Source: Sminthopsis crassicaudata (Eukaryota). Taken from it: DNA of 64,000 nucleotides. This document shows positions 13,416 to 26,490 of this stretch, one piece after another; within the stretch, counting starts at the first letter, position 1; each line of letters starts with the position of its first letter. The stretch covers positions 76,012,001 through 76,076,000 of the forward strand of contig NC_133622.1 in assembly GCF_048593235.1 (NCBI RefSeq), written 5' to 3'. Below the pieces are notes generated by a model. The model worked only from the letters and a program-made list of their open reading frames with translations, was not told where the DNA came from and searched no databases. The translations under genes and the position numbers were made by a program.

Positions 13416-15770
13416 CAGTGTTGAAGACTCATGCCACATTTCTTAACAATCCACGTCAATCTAAGGTGTGTAAAAAGTAAAAATCATTTCTAATGATCTA
13501 AATGTTTAAGAATGCTGTGCTAAGCAAAATGGACTAAATTTCTTTTTAAATGCATTTTTTGGTAGTTAAATTTGTTTAATTTCTACTTGTGTTTAAGGTT
13601 CCTACACCAGCTTCACTCGAGATCACAGCTCCACCTCCTAGTGAATAAGGTCTATTGTACATGTGAACCACACAAAGCAAAATGACACAATGGGGAAAAA
13701 AAAAGAAAGTAGAGCTTAAAGATAAAGGGATAATTAGGACATTGCTGAACAAAGAAAACCTAATGAAAGGGTTGAGTTGGGAATGCATTGGCATGTTACT
13801 GTATATAGAAGTATGAACTTTCTCTAATTTTGTTTTCAATATTTCTCAGATCCTCCTTGAAAACATGCACTGAATTCAGTACAGTACAAATCTGAACTGG
13901 TATGTTTACAGGTAATCGGCTTTCAAGATCAGATAAGATTTTAGACAGAATTATTGAGTCCTTATTTCAATTCACTCCACAAAAGCAAACTAACTTACAA
14001 CTGGCAATGGATTTAGACACAGTTTGTGTCAGAAAAATCTGATAGCCTTTATTGACTCAATAATAGCTAAAATTGGCCCTGGTGACCTGGATTTGGGCAT
14101 TAAAAGGACTTCTGATGTTATAAAAGTTGCTTTGATCTTAAATGTTACAGGGAGGATTCCTGCAATGGGTGGGGAAACTGCACAAATGACCTCCTGGATG
14201 ACCACTTCCATCTAACATCCTGTTCCTTAACAAAATACCACAATTCTTAAAGAACCACTGCTGTCCCTATCTTTCATATTTTTTTCTCAATGTCTTGACT
14301 GATAATTCTCAAGCATAAGTTTCTTTTTCCATGTCATCTGTAATATTGGACACTTTTCCAGCAGATCTTTGATGAATTCATGTCTGGGCTCCTGGCCCCT
14401 ATAATCTTTTACATTCATTTAAAAACTTCACTATTAAAAACTTCTTTCTAACCTTTTACTTAAGCATATTGCTTGCCTTCTCAAATCCTTTCACTGTTGA
14501 CTTTCTGCATCAAATCATTCATCAGCATTGAGGCTCTTTTCACCATCTACTTGACTGACACTGTTCCTCATTTCCCTCTATTCTCCCCTTCCTTAGCTTC
14601 AAAATAAAGTGTTCTTTTAGCTTTATCTTTTGCTTCTTTCCTTCTTTTCTTTGTACCTGTATAAGCCTTCCTGCCCCTCTTCATCTACAATGCATTGCAA
14701 AACATACATAAAAAGGTTTATTTTACAATAAAGATGGATACCAGTTGTTATTTCTCTTCAATATGGACATGAGCAAACAGGTTTATAGTACATGTGTTCA
14801 AGTGAGTAGGTTAGTCGCCTGAATTTTCTTTGCTATTGTTAAATTCTGAGACCTGAGAAAGCACACTTGAATCCACTGTCTTATTTTCTCAACCTCTAAA
14901 GACAGAACACTATCACCTCATGTTGCTACTTCACAGGGATATTAGAAAGATACTGAAGCACTTTTGGTTCTTAGGGAGAATACAATTATACAAATCCAAG
15001 GTCTTATATTGCTATTGTTATGTTGAAAAGACAGAGTTCTTTAGACACTGATATGCATTTGTAAAAATCTTCCTTACAGATACTTAGAATTAAGAATAGA
15101 CAAATACTCTATCAGAGAGGCAGTGTGCTATAGTGAAGAAAAAGGATAAGCTGTTGCATACCTTGTCCCTGACACATACTGATTGAGTGAAGCTGTTTTG
15201 TTGTTGTTGTTGTTGTTGTTTTTCCTGGTTAGCCAAATCATTTAGTACTCGCACTGAGTGTAAAGTTCCATAATAGGAGCTACTTTACAGTGATGGAGAG
15301 TTCCTTACTGGGCATACTAAGAAATCATAGGTCAGTAGAGAAGGGCGATGTATTTCCTATATGATTTTAGTATATTGTTGTCCAGAAGCTTGGTGCAGAT
15401 GAGCTCTAAAGGTCGTTTGATGGTTCTAATTCTATGATACCTTTTCTTTAAGGAATTTTTTTCAGTAATATAAATCAAACAAGAATAAAGTACTGATTAG
15501 GATTCTATTTCTACCATCTACAAAGTAAAGGAAATAAAACTAGCTTAATAATTGGTATTTCTTCTTAGGTTAGATCTTTTAATCAATTAGCCATAAGCAA
15601 CCTCCCAACATTCTTCTGATACATGTTGAATGTTAAACAACAGCAGGGCAAAAAATGACATGTGGAAATGGGTAAGAGGAAGTCAGCTTCTCCCATACGG
15701 CTGCCATTTGAAAAAACATACACACAAATATATGTACAAATACAATATGTATATATTGCACATAAATATG

Positions 15771-16055
15771 TGTTAGGATTACAAGGTGAGAACTCAGGTT
15801 GTCTAAACAATTCTCTAGCTCAGAACTCACACCTTTGGTGCAGGCCTTTGAAAGGAGTTTGCATCTTTGGACTTCTGGGGGAGAGTTTACATGTTTAAAA
15901 GAGTTTGCACCTTTAAGAAGAGCAAGTTCATTGGCTGTTAGGAGTTCTCACTAGCCCATTCTCTGCTAGGATAAAAGAGGGCAACATTGGGTCTTGAAGG
16001 AGTAGTCTGACTGGGAGAGTGAGTTAAGACAGTAGTCTGGAAGGATAACTTTACA
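15771..16055 (+). mobile_element. Solo ERV LTR (285 bp) with perfect 6-bp TSD
   Basis: Starts TGTTA and ends TTACA. AATATG lies at both 15765-15770 and 16056-16061. Internal motif GAGTTTRCAYSTTT at 15855, 15883 and 15901; TATA-like GATAAAAG at 15970. Strand is tentative. Confidence 0.8.
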
Positions 16056-16730
16056 AATATGCATTTCTCCACTTCAAGAAATGCTGTCTTAAAACTCTGT
16101 TCAAAATGTTTTAGATAAGCTCAACTAGGCATCCATTCCAATTACCTCGTTAAGTTGGCTATAGAAGAGTAGAACCACAGAAGACTGGAGAACTGTAATG
16201 ATATAGAGATGCTTGGATGAACACAGAAGTTAATTATAATTGCAATTAAATATGTAAGCCAAAGTCAAAGGTTAAGATGGGCTATGAAAATATTTACATT
16301 AATGATTGAGAAGACAATCTCAGCTCTTCATTTATTACTTTTGCCACTGACATTGAAATATTTATTTCATATATCGAAAAAGGTATATTAAATTTTTATA
16401 TAGATTCCACAAATTCATCATTGCTAAGGACTATAGTAAAATTTACCTTTGTATCAATATTTAGAATGAATTTGTTATGCAAATTAAAAGTACAAGACTA
16501 TTAGGTATTAAATCTGCTTAAAAGATACATAAAAATAGTGTAGCAAATCACAATTATTTATTTCTATAATAGACAATAGATTATCTATAATAGACATTGT
16601 TCCTTAATAACAAATATCAAGAATTCAGACTTACATGAATAGATAAAGTTTTATGAAAAAATCAGGACCAGGAAAATATCACACACAATGAGTACAACAG
16701 TGTAAATGAAAATACCTCAAGCCATCAGAA

Positions 16731-16872
16731 TTCTTCCCCCCTCCCCCGAGGCTGGGGTTAAGTGACTTGCCCAGGGTCACACAACTAGGAAGTGTTAAGT
16801 GTCTGAGATCGGATTTGAACTCCAGTCCTCCTGAATTCAAGGCTGGTGCTCCATCTACTGCGCCACCTAGCT
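16731..16872 (-). mobile_element. WSINE1-type SINE
   Basis: ggctggggttaagtgacttgcccagggtcacacaactaggaagtgttaagtgtctgagatcggatttgaactc...ctactgcgccacctagct; retains CpGs. Confidence 0.85.
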
Positions 16873-17244
16873 CTCAATATTTAAAACTCTGACTTCTTAC
16901 CACTTGGTTCACTACTACCAACACTTCAAATCCCAATGGATTTACTCACTGATTTGTAAGTGACTATCGCAGGAACCCATGGAAGTGGCAAATTATGGAA
17001 CTAGTGGAAGACAAGAAGTTATCATAAATAGGAATATTCAAGTCCTAAGGCTGTCACATTCAACATTCAACAAGGTGATAATATTACCAAAGTAAAAGAT
17101 TGTGCCAGCTTTTCCTCCTGTAACTTTCACATTTAATTTGGGAATTGCCCCTTTATGATTAAGACATCCTTTCATTGATGTTTTAATATTAAAGACTGGA
17201 AAAACAGTGATAAGATGAACAAGATGAGATTCAAGAATGCTCCT

Positions 17245-17740
17245 GCATGACTAATTTCAGAAAAATCCTGGAAAGACTTACATAAACTGATGCTAAGTGA
17301 CATGAGCAGAACCAAGAGAGTCACAAAATTATGTAATGATCAACTGTGACAGACTTGGCCCTTTTACAATGAAGTAATTCAAAGCAATTCCAATAGACTT
17401 GTGATAGAGAGTGCCATCCATCCAGAAAGAGAACTATGGAGTCTGAATATGGATCAAAACAGCATTTTTACCCTTTTTGATTGTTCTTTGTTTTTTTTCC
17501 TTTCTCCTGTTTTTCTTCTTTTTGATCTATTTAATTTGGCTCGGTATGATGAATACAGAAATATCTTTAGGGGAATTGCACACATTTAACCAATATCATT
17601 TTGCTTGTTGTCTTGAAGAGGAGAAAGGGGAAGAAGAGGAAGAAAAATTTGGACCACAATGTTTTGTGAAGGTGAATGTTGAAAACTATCTTTGTATGTA
17701 TTTAGAAAAATAAAATACTATTAAAACGTAAAAAAGAAAA
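17245..17740 (+). mobile_element. 5'-truncated LINE-1 3' end
   Basis: ctggaaagacttacataaactgatgctaagtgacatgagcagaaccaagag...gaatgttgaaaactatctttgtatgtatttagaaaaataaaa, followed by an A-rich tail. Confidence 0.88.
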
Positions 17741-18019
17741 TGTTCCTTCTCAATGAATTCCTTAGTTATGGCTTCTGATATTTAGATGTTATCATAGCTA
17801 TTTTTAAAAAGAAGATCCTAAATTTGAGTCTACTCTAAAGTCAACAGAATAATGGTTTTATTAGTTATAGGAAAAGTTATTCAGATAAAAAAAGCAAGAG
17901 TTAAAACTTCACCAAAATACTTTTTTTTTTTAAACATTAGAAAGATGTGAAGAGGAATAAGGTTTTAGAAAATTGGAGATGTAGAAAGAGATAAGGGGAA
18001 TAGGAACAACCATTTTTAT

Positions 18020-18250
18020 AATGTTAATACATACCAAGCACTTTGCTAATACTCTGTAATTTCTATCTTATTTGTATCAGGCAACAACCTTAGGAGTTGG
18101 TGTTATTATTATCCCCATTACACAATTGAGGAAACTGAGGCAAATATAGAATTTTTTTAAAGTAACTTGGCCAGGATCACAACTTCTAAGAGTCTGAGAT
18201 TAAGGGTGAACTCATATCTTCCAACTCCAGGCCAAGTGATCTATCCCTCT
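18020..18250 (-). mobile_element. MIR-type SINE
   Basis: ttattatccccattacacaattgaggaaactgaggc...gtaacttggccaggatcac. Confidence 0.7.
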
Positions 18251-19000
18251 GTGCTAGAGAAAGGAGCCAATTTGTGAAGGGCTTTGAATGTGATACAGAA
18301 ATTTATTTACATTTGATCTCAGAGGTAATAGGGAAAATAGGGAAACCATGAAGTAGATGGAAACCAAGGAAGAGGGAGGAAGGAGAAGAGTAAGAAAGAG
18401 AGGGAGAGAAAAAAACAGGGAGGGAGGGAGGGAAGAAGGAAGTGAGAGAGAAAAAAGGGGAGGGAGGGAGGGAAGAAGAGAAGAAGGGAGGGAGAGAAGA
18501 AAAGAAAAAGAGAGGAAGAAGAGAAAAAGGGAGGGAAAGAGAGGAAGGGAGGGAGGAAGAAAGGAAGGGAGAAGGAGGGAAGAAAGGAGGAGGAGAAAGA
18601 GAAGGGAGAGAGGGGAGGAAAGAGAGGAGAGGAGGTGAAGAGAGGAGTGTATAGTGTGACATGATTGAGCAATATTTTAGGATCACTTTGCTTTTTGTGT
18701 AGAGGCTGAATTAGTGGCAAGAGACATTTTACAAGGAGACCAGTCACACCACTATATAGTCGGTGATAAGACAGGAAACCAGATTGTAAAGATTTAAGAA
18801 AAGAGGAGAGGAAACAAAAATAGATGGAGATACCAATTAGACAGCCTTTTCAAGGAGTTTAACCAGAAAAAGGGAATAGATAAGGGATGTTAGCTAGAAG
18901 ATGCGCGAAGCAAAAGCATGTTTGTAGGCAATAGGGAAGCAACCAGAAGAGACTGACTAATGAGAAAATGGGAATAATTGAGGGATCAACAAATTCTATT
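18250..19000 (-). mobile_element. LINE-2 fragment interrupted by a polypurine expansion
   Basis: gtgaagggctttgaatg...tttgatctcagaggtaataggga before the tract; gtgacatgattgagcaatattttaggatcactttg after it. Confidence 0.55.
18365..18647. repeat. GA-rich polypurine tract
   Basis: Uninterrupted purines at 18444-18635 (192 nt); source of several spurious E/R/G and L/S/P/F ORFs. Confidence 0.95.
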
Positions 19001-19399
19001 TAAATTCGAAGGAGGCAAATACAATTACTGGTAATTAAGTGTTTAATGGATATTGACTATAATTGGCATAACTGCTTGAGAAAGGTCATGTTTATTATAT
19101 AACTATGTTTTAAAATAAAGTATAACTACCTTATAGAACATTAGGTAGATTCCCCATGGAGAGTTTAGGGGAGAAAATAGATGAGAACTGGACAGGATGA
19201 GAAGGCATCCTTGGAATATGATTTACAGTGGTGGAAGAAAATTTGTATATATAGTAACAAATAGATTATAGATTCAAGGAAATTTTAAACTATATACACA
19301 TTTATATTTTATAGATCTGGTGGGAGCAATATCCTAACACTGCCTCCTCTCCATTCTTCTTCCCACATGCCAGTTGGGTTAGGATTTTCTTAAAAGTAT

Positions 19400-19730
19400 G
19401 TAACTGTTTTAGAGATGTGATTCATTTAGAGGAATAAGGCTCAGAATACTGATGTAGCAAATGGCAAATCACTTCTGGATTTCTGCCAAGAGGTCATGAA
19501 AAGTCAGATGTGACTGAAATGACTGAATGACAACAAAAATTTATTGAACTTTTATGAGAGACAGTGTGGTACAGTGGGAGGAACATTGGACTAGGAATCC
19601 TAAATCCTAATCCTGAATCGGCCACCAATTAGTTGTGTAGCCTTGGACAAATTGGAATCTCTCTGGTTTATAAAATGATGAGGTTAAATTGTATGATTTC
19701 TAACATTACTTTCAACTCAAGTTCTATAAT
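19400..19730 (+). mobile_element. MAR1 tail (~19400-19490) and MIR (~19555-19730)
   Basis: aaatggcaaatcacttctggatttctgccaagag...gactgaatgacaacaa; then gagacagtgtggtacagtgggaggaacattggactagg. Confidence 0.6.
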
Positions 19731-21849
19731 TCAAATTCTGTGACTTGGAGAATAATTTTTCATATGTAAATAAAGGCATATAATTGTAATTTGGCTTTTA
19801 TGAAATATTACTGTTTATATCCATTACATTTTTATTGAAAAGTAAAAACTCCAATTATAACATTATTCCTATAGGAAGCTATGATCTACTTTAAAATCAA
19901 TCTATCTTGTGAGATTCCAGGAATGTATTTAGTCAAAAATAATGTATTTTCTATATTTGAAGGTAGGAAAACATTTTTAAAAATACCCTACAATTTTATC
20001 CTAGTTTTGATAGGTTTTTCCACCATTTCCATTTGGAGGAAATTTCCATCATACTTTTACAACTTGAACTAATTCAACCCACAACTGAACAGAAATCCCT
20101 TCCTTCAAATAGCATATTTCATATCTGGGTTCTGTCTTTTATTCACAAGGCTATACTATCCTAATTCAAACCTTCATTATTCTTAACTGAAATATTTCTA
20201 ATGGCCCCTAAATGGCTTCTTAATTCTAGTTACTTTCTCTATGCTCTTCAAACCTGTTCTTGACACAACTATATAACTTATATGCCTTCAGACAGGATCC
20301 TGTCATTTTTCTGCTTTAAAAAAATCTGCTGTAGAGAACCCTGAGAACGTGGCAAAATGAGACATAATTTAAGATACAGTTTTTCCATTAAGTCACATAA
20401 ATAAAACCCCCTACATGCAGCAAAAATGGTGATTATATGAAGAAAACTACCAAGATTGTACAGAAGGGAAAGGTTGGTTATAACTATTTAATGCCGTACA
20501 AGAAGAAAGAGGAAGTCAGCAAGAATGAGAGAGGTAGAAGGGAGACCTGATTGTAAAGGCTTCTCAAAGCTTCCTTTCCTTCCAAATAACTATCTTTGGG
20601 AATCTCAGTCAATTTCTTTCTAAATAGGTTCCCGAGGTCATCCTAGAAATGGAAGGAAACTACCTTGAAGATAAGGATGGAGTTCACAAAAGTGGGACTA
20701 TGAAAGGCAACCAGAGTAACTTTTTAGTAACTTTCTGCCATTGGTCACCTTTACCCCTTGAAAGGTCACAGATCTCATCTAATCTGGTGGTATGAGATAA
20801 ATAGGAAAAATGGAACATTTAACAATGACTGATAGAAAAACACAATGTAGGTTCATCGAAGGAAAAAGTATTGGTGGCATGAAGCATGTTGACAGGAAGC
20901 AAAGTAAGAAAAATAAATGACAATTGCTAAAGGTGAGCAAAGTTAATTGAAAAGAAATGAGCATTAAAAGACAAGAGCCATTTCAATGAACAAGTACTTT
21001 GCAATAAATGAAAGAGTAAAAAATTCCCCTAAGGAAGAAATTGCAACAATTTTTGTAAGGCCCCTCAAAATGATAATGGAGCCATCCCAAGAACATCCAA
21101 AATGGTTCAGTGGTACAAGGATTGAATACAAATATAAAATAAATAAGGACAGAAATTAGAGTTTTTAAGGAAAGATTCAATAAGGTTGATAAGCCAAAAG
21201 ACAGTCTCCACAAAAGAATATTCTTTGAATGAATCTCTTCCAGAAAACTCTGCAATATTTCAGAATGAATACAACCACAAACAGTAATATCGGGAGTATT
21301 TCACCTTAGGAAATCCTTCTTCAACTTAGCCTTTGTGCTGGACCTCCAACATTATAGTGGTAAAATGCCATGGGCCAACAAACATGTCTCTTCCATGCAT
21401 ATTTATAATTAAAGTGTAGTTTAACAAGATTATTTCTGTTGTTCTTTTTAAAATTTTTTAAATGATTTTAACACACAGGAATTAACACACTTTATTGGAA
21501 GAAAGCTCTTAAGACTGCATTTTATTCTTCCAAATCAAATGAATTTTTAAAAATTAATAAATAATAAACACACTGGGCTCTTGTATTGTCTACATTTTCC
21601 AGGCCATTATATGAGGGTAAAAATATAGTCTACTGTCAGGAATATTACTTGGTAAAATCTGCCTTTCCATCATTGAGGAAGTCTTTAATATGTAATTATT
21701 CCCATAAAAATTTAATGATGAGAATGTAGGACTATAAGTAGATAGTTGCTGATATTTTCTTAGTCACCTTTTTGATTTAGTATTAATAAAGTCTGAGATT
21801 ATTTCTCTGCCTTTGCTCTATTGTTCTTTAAATAACCTGTGATCTCTCA

Positions 21850-22800
21850 ACCCTAAGTGTTGGATGATTTTTTTTAGCGTCATCATTTTGTTGTACACTG
21901 AGGTTTACTGAGGCTGTTTTCTCATTTTTGTTTATTTTAGTGTCATTTCTACCTATTCTGTAAAAACATAGAAGGTTGATATTAAGAAATTACACTACTG
22001 TCTCTTGATGGTGAAAAGGATTTATTATAAAAAGCAATCTTTTCCATTTTCTCGGCTTATTGTCTTCCTGCCATTGAATCCTTAAATGCCCTTGGGATGA
22101 CTTAGTTAAATCTTTCACCAAGATTACTTTAAATTGGTTTTACCTTCTCACTTATTTCTGTTTTATGGGATTATACTGCTATTAATCTTCTACCACAAGA
22201 CTTTATATGATTTCACTAAGATATCCATATTTTAAATTGATGTTGTCTTTGGTAGCTCTCTCTCATTTACTGATTAAGGTGTTTAAGGCTCTCTGATCTT
22301 ATTGTCATGGCAATTAATTTAAATTATTTAGATGTATCTATGAAATCCATGTGTGTGTGTCCATTCTTCTATCCACTAGTTATTTTTCATTATTGATAAC
22401 TCAATTGAACAGATCAGGATTGAGTTGGTTTAATTACTTGCCATATTCTTTTTTTCTTCTTATCTTTTTCTCAAGTGGAATATGAATTCTGATCTTTGTA
22501 AAAAGTCAGATACCTAAATTATACAGACAGCTGATTTAGGAATGATTTTCAAAGTAGTAAATTGTTTCCTTTAAGTTCTTTCTTCCTCTGCATGATTTCA
22601 AGCAAGTGTTACAATTTTCTGCCATATTGATTTTTCACTTGCTTCTAATTTTGCTATTTTGGTCATGAGGGCCAACACTGAAGTGCAAGAAAAGGCAGTG
22701 ATCCAAGTAGCCTGATTATAATGATCATAGAGACCAGAAGAGGAAAGATATGGAAAGTCAGAAGTCTGGCCTTCATAAATGTTACTCTATACATGTCTCC
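21850..22800 (-). mobile_element. Decayed RTE-clade LINE fragment
   Basis: atcttttccattttctc...atccttaaatgcccttgggatgacttag...tttaaattggttttaccttc is the reverse complement of the same RTE region seen at ~11.9-12.2 kb. Confidence 0.6.
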
Positions 22801-25254
22801 ACCAGTTCTCTTACATGATCAAGTATTCTTATTTTTGCCACCAAATACCTATCATCTTTTAAATCCTTCCTAATACAGGATATTCCATTTTTAATGTAAT
22901 GTCTACATACCTGAAATCAATCATTTGCTATGTGCCATGCAGTTTCTTGATATTCTAAAATTATTTTCTTTCTTTGTTGGTGAATATAATACATAGATAA
23001 TATATTATCTTTGTTGGTTGAAAAAAAGGGGAACAATGGAAAAAAAGGCAAATAGAGAAACAAAAATTTAAAAGATCATGGAACATATAAACAAAACTAA
23101 GAGATATTAGGTATTTTTGAAATGACCAAAAAACAAGGTGAGTTCAAAACAGAGATGGAATTTTCAAAAAAATTCAAATTTTTTTCAAAAACTACTGTAT
23201 ACAGTTATATGCCAACTAAGCTGAGAAGTCAAAATATGTTGATGAACATCTTCAAATAAAGACTTCAGGGATTCTTTTATTTATAATATAAAACCCAAAC
23301 TCCTCAATCTTACATTTAAAGATTTTAAAAAATTATATCCTTTCCTATACTCTATTGTCTAATCACATAGACTTATTAGAGCTTTTCTGAATCCAACTTA
23401 TCATGCATTGCCAGGTTCCCCCATTCCAATGCCTCAAACAGACTTCCTCATTATCCACACCACAAAATCCCTTATTTCAGTCAGCTCATGAGCATCTTCT
23501 AACATAGCCTTTTGCGCTATTGCCTCTCTCCATCCTCAAACAACTTTGCATTAGTTGCTCATTTATGTATGCTGTGTACAATGTATATAGCATGTATTCC
23601 ATTGCTGTATAGCAACTCAAAAGAATGTAGATCACTTGACAATAGAGTCTCCTTTGTTTTTAGCTTCGTATACTCAGTGCTTTTTATATATGATAGAACT
23701 TAATAACTTTGATTCAAACTTAATACCTCAAAGTTGCTGATAATTGTTAAGCAAATCTGTAAATTCTTTCAGTATTGAGGGGTGTTGTTTGTCCTGGTTA
23801 GGGGAGTTAGGTTCAGTGAGGTCAACAAAATGGGGTTTTAATTTATTGATCAGGTTAAGTTAGTGTTTAACACTGGCAATTTTAAGGGATTAGAATGAAT
23901 AAAATACCAATTAATATAATTTTCTACCACTTAAAGGTACTGAGAGATAAATCATGCTAAATCTTGCCAAATTTTCACTTCAAAGCCGTAATATAGAAAA
24001 AGAACAGGAATCATTATAGAAGATAATGTTCATTGCATCTTCTCAATCAATGCTACTACATAGACTACATAGACTACATAGACAATTAAGCTCTTTTGGA
24101 GGTGTATTTACCTTTCAAGATTCATCTATATTCTAAAAGTTCTTGCCTTATTCTCCATGAGGAGTTTCAAACTAGAAAAGGGCAAGGTTCTATGCAAAAG
24201 TACATGTAGAATGTGGCAATTTAATTCAATCTATGTACTTAAGCAACATAGAAGGACATGATTTCAATTTTCTTAGAACAGGAGATAGAAAATTGAACAA
24301 GATTGCTTCTGAAATCCTGTCTAGGTCTGAACCCTGGGTTCCTCTAATCAAACTTTCACAAGATGTTGTAGGGCCAATAACCTTATTTTTGTAATCATTT
24401 ACTGAAGGATTGTAATCCCTTTGAAATGTTTATTTTATCACCAGAATTTTCATGTACTTTCATTCTGTTAACAGTTTTCCAATAGTTACAGGTCAAAGAA
24501 AGGGTCAGTGTAGATTGCACCTCTCAAATGATCCTAGCTGCTGATATGAGAAGCAGAAATCTGCCCATGCACTGGAAGGGGAAGAATGTTGCAAATGTAC
24601 AGATCAGCTGATAGATAGAAAAAGGAATTAAATTGAAATTTTAAAAGATCAACAAGGCCATTCTATTGTGGTGCCAATGGTTGCCCATTGCTTTGTCCTT
24701 AGCAGTACTGTTTTTGTATTTATCCATCCATAGTTTTTTTCCCCAGTTTACCCTGGAATTGGAGACATACATTTTAAGGATGAGTTTAGGGAAGCAGGGC
24801 AGAACTAAGGTGAAGGGAATAAAAAGAAGGCCGTGTAGTATTGTATATGGACAGGCTGAAAATCTTATTTTAAATCATCTCTGAAAAGGACAATGGGGAG
24901 AGGAGAAAGGAAGCATGCATTTATAATATTATGATCATCTCTGTTACCAATAACATGAAGGATCTTACCTTAAGCATGAGGTGAAGTAAGCAGTAGAACC
25001 AGCAATTGGGGGAGAGACTGGGGGAGATGGTGGGAAGAAGATGGTGGGACTGGAGAGAAGCTTTGAAGCAAGTTACAAAAACTAAGAGGTGGAGAGAAGG
25101 AGGGAAAATGTTTGACACACAAGACAATGGAGGAAGTGTCATGTGTGACGAATGCCAAGTAGGGTGTTACATCTGCCTTGCAGAGTGCATGAAACAGCAA
25201 AGTATGAGACTGGAAACACAGGAGTCAGGGTGTATTATTTGTTTAGCTTTTTTC

Positions 25255-25500
25255 ATTCACATTCAATTCTTGGTGACCCCATTTGGGCTTTTATTGGCAA
25301 ACAAACTGCACTGGTTGGCCATTTCCTTCTCCAGCTCAGGTTACAGATAAGGAAACTAAGGCAAACAGAGTTAAGTGACTTGCCCAAGGTCAGACAGCTG
25401 GTAGGGATCTGAAACCACATTTGAAATGATGAAGATGAGTTTTTCTGATTACAAGCTAAGTGCTTTATTGCTCTCCCAAGCTGTCACTAAAGCCAGTGGA
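25255..25500 (-). mobile_element. MAR1-type SINE
   Basis: gtgaccccatttgggcttttattggcaaac...ttggccatttccttctccagctc...acagataaggaaactaaggcaaacagagttaagtgacttgcccaaggtca. Confidence 0.8.
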
Positions 25501-25529
25501 ATTTATATTTGATCCTAGACGTCATTGGA

Positions 25530-25790
25530 GTTTCTCTCTCTTTTGCTCCTCTTTCTCTCCTGCTCTTCCTCCTCCTCCTCCTCCTTTTTCTTTCTCTCTC
25601 TCCCTTCCTTTTTCCTCCCTCCCCTCTCTCTGTCTCTGTCTCTCTCTGCATCCCTGTCTCTGCCTTTCTCTCTGTGTATCTTTGTCTCTCTCTGTGTGTC
25701 TCTGTCATACATGTACACACACATACAAAGAGAGTAACAGTGAGAGAGAAGAGAGTGACAGAGGAGACACACACACAGAAGCAGACCAAT
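25530..25790. repeat. CT-rich / (CCT)n / (CA),(GA) low-complexity tract
   Basis: ctcctcctcctcctcc, tctctgtctctgtctctc, acacacacac; source of spurious ORFs 25460-25927. Confidence 0.9.
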
Positions 25791-26490
25791 GCTTTAGCAA
25801 AATCACTTTGGTAGTTGGGTAAAGGATGGCCTGGATAAAGGAGAAATGATACAGAGATGCCAATTGGGAGGCTGTTGCTATGGTCTAGACAGGCGATGAG
25901 TTCCTGAAGTAGTGTCTGTGGGAACATATACGGGGAACATATACATTTTACAAATGTAAAATGGTAAGACTGTCAATAGGTAAGACATGTGGAGTGAGTG
26001 CTCTTAAGAGAAGAAGACATCAAGGTTTTGAGTATGTGAGACTGTGGGAAGAAGGTGCGATCTACAACAGTAACAGGACAATTTGGAAAAGAGGAGGAAT
26101 TGGGGAGGAGATATTAAGTTCTACTTTGAAAGTGTGTGATTTGATTCACAGAAAAGGCAGTTGGTGGGATGAGGCTATATCTGGAAACCATCTTGATGAC
26201 TGATCATGGCCATGACCGTAGAGGAGATCACCAAGTGAACAAGCACAGTGGGGTTCAAGATGGAGTCTCTGAGGACCCATGGTTAGCACAGTTGATATGG
26301 ATGAAGTCCCACACAGGATACTGGGAAGTGATTAAATAGATGGGATTAGAGAGCCAGATAGCAGTAACAAACAGGGAGGGAGAGATGTTAACTGACAATG
26401 TCAATGACTGCAAAGAAAAATGAAAGCTGGGAAAAAGCCAATTCATTTGGCAGTTAAGCAATAAGAGGTGACCTTGACCAAAGCATTTCA
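25790..26490 (-). mobile_element. LINE-2 3' region
   Basis: aaaatcactttggtag...gaggctgttgctatggtctag; catcaaggttttgag; atttggcagttaagcaataagaggtgaccttgaccaaagcatttca. Confidence 0.65.

Noticed and set aside
18303-18747. ORFs of 70-142 aa
   Set aside because: Translations of the GA/CT low-complexity tract.
20330-21360. Possible processed pseudogene or element remnant
   Set aside because: All frames have early stops, with no recognisable protein, tail or TSD.
24056-24082. (CTACATAGA)3 and similar micro-duplications (for example ~16563-16595 and ~25920-25944)
   Set aside because: Ordinary slippage products with no wider structure.
24490-24507. AGGTCA-n6-GGGTCA nuclear receptor direct repeat
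   Set aside because: DR6 spacing is non-canonical, and a single occurrence is plausible by chance.
25006-25350. 114-aa ORF with a Cys-rich motif (CDECQVGCYICLAEC)
   Set aside because: Runs from L2/MIR-like sequence into a MAR1 SINE; no splice context or real zinc-finger spacing.
25460-25927. Six overlapping ORFs up to 146 aa
   Set aside because: Translations of CT/GA simple repeats.
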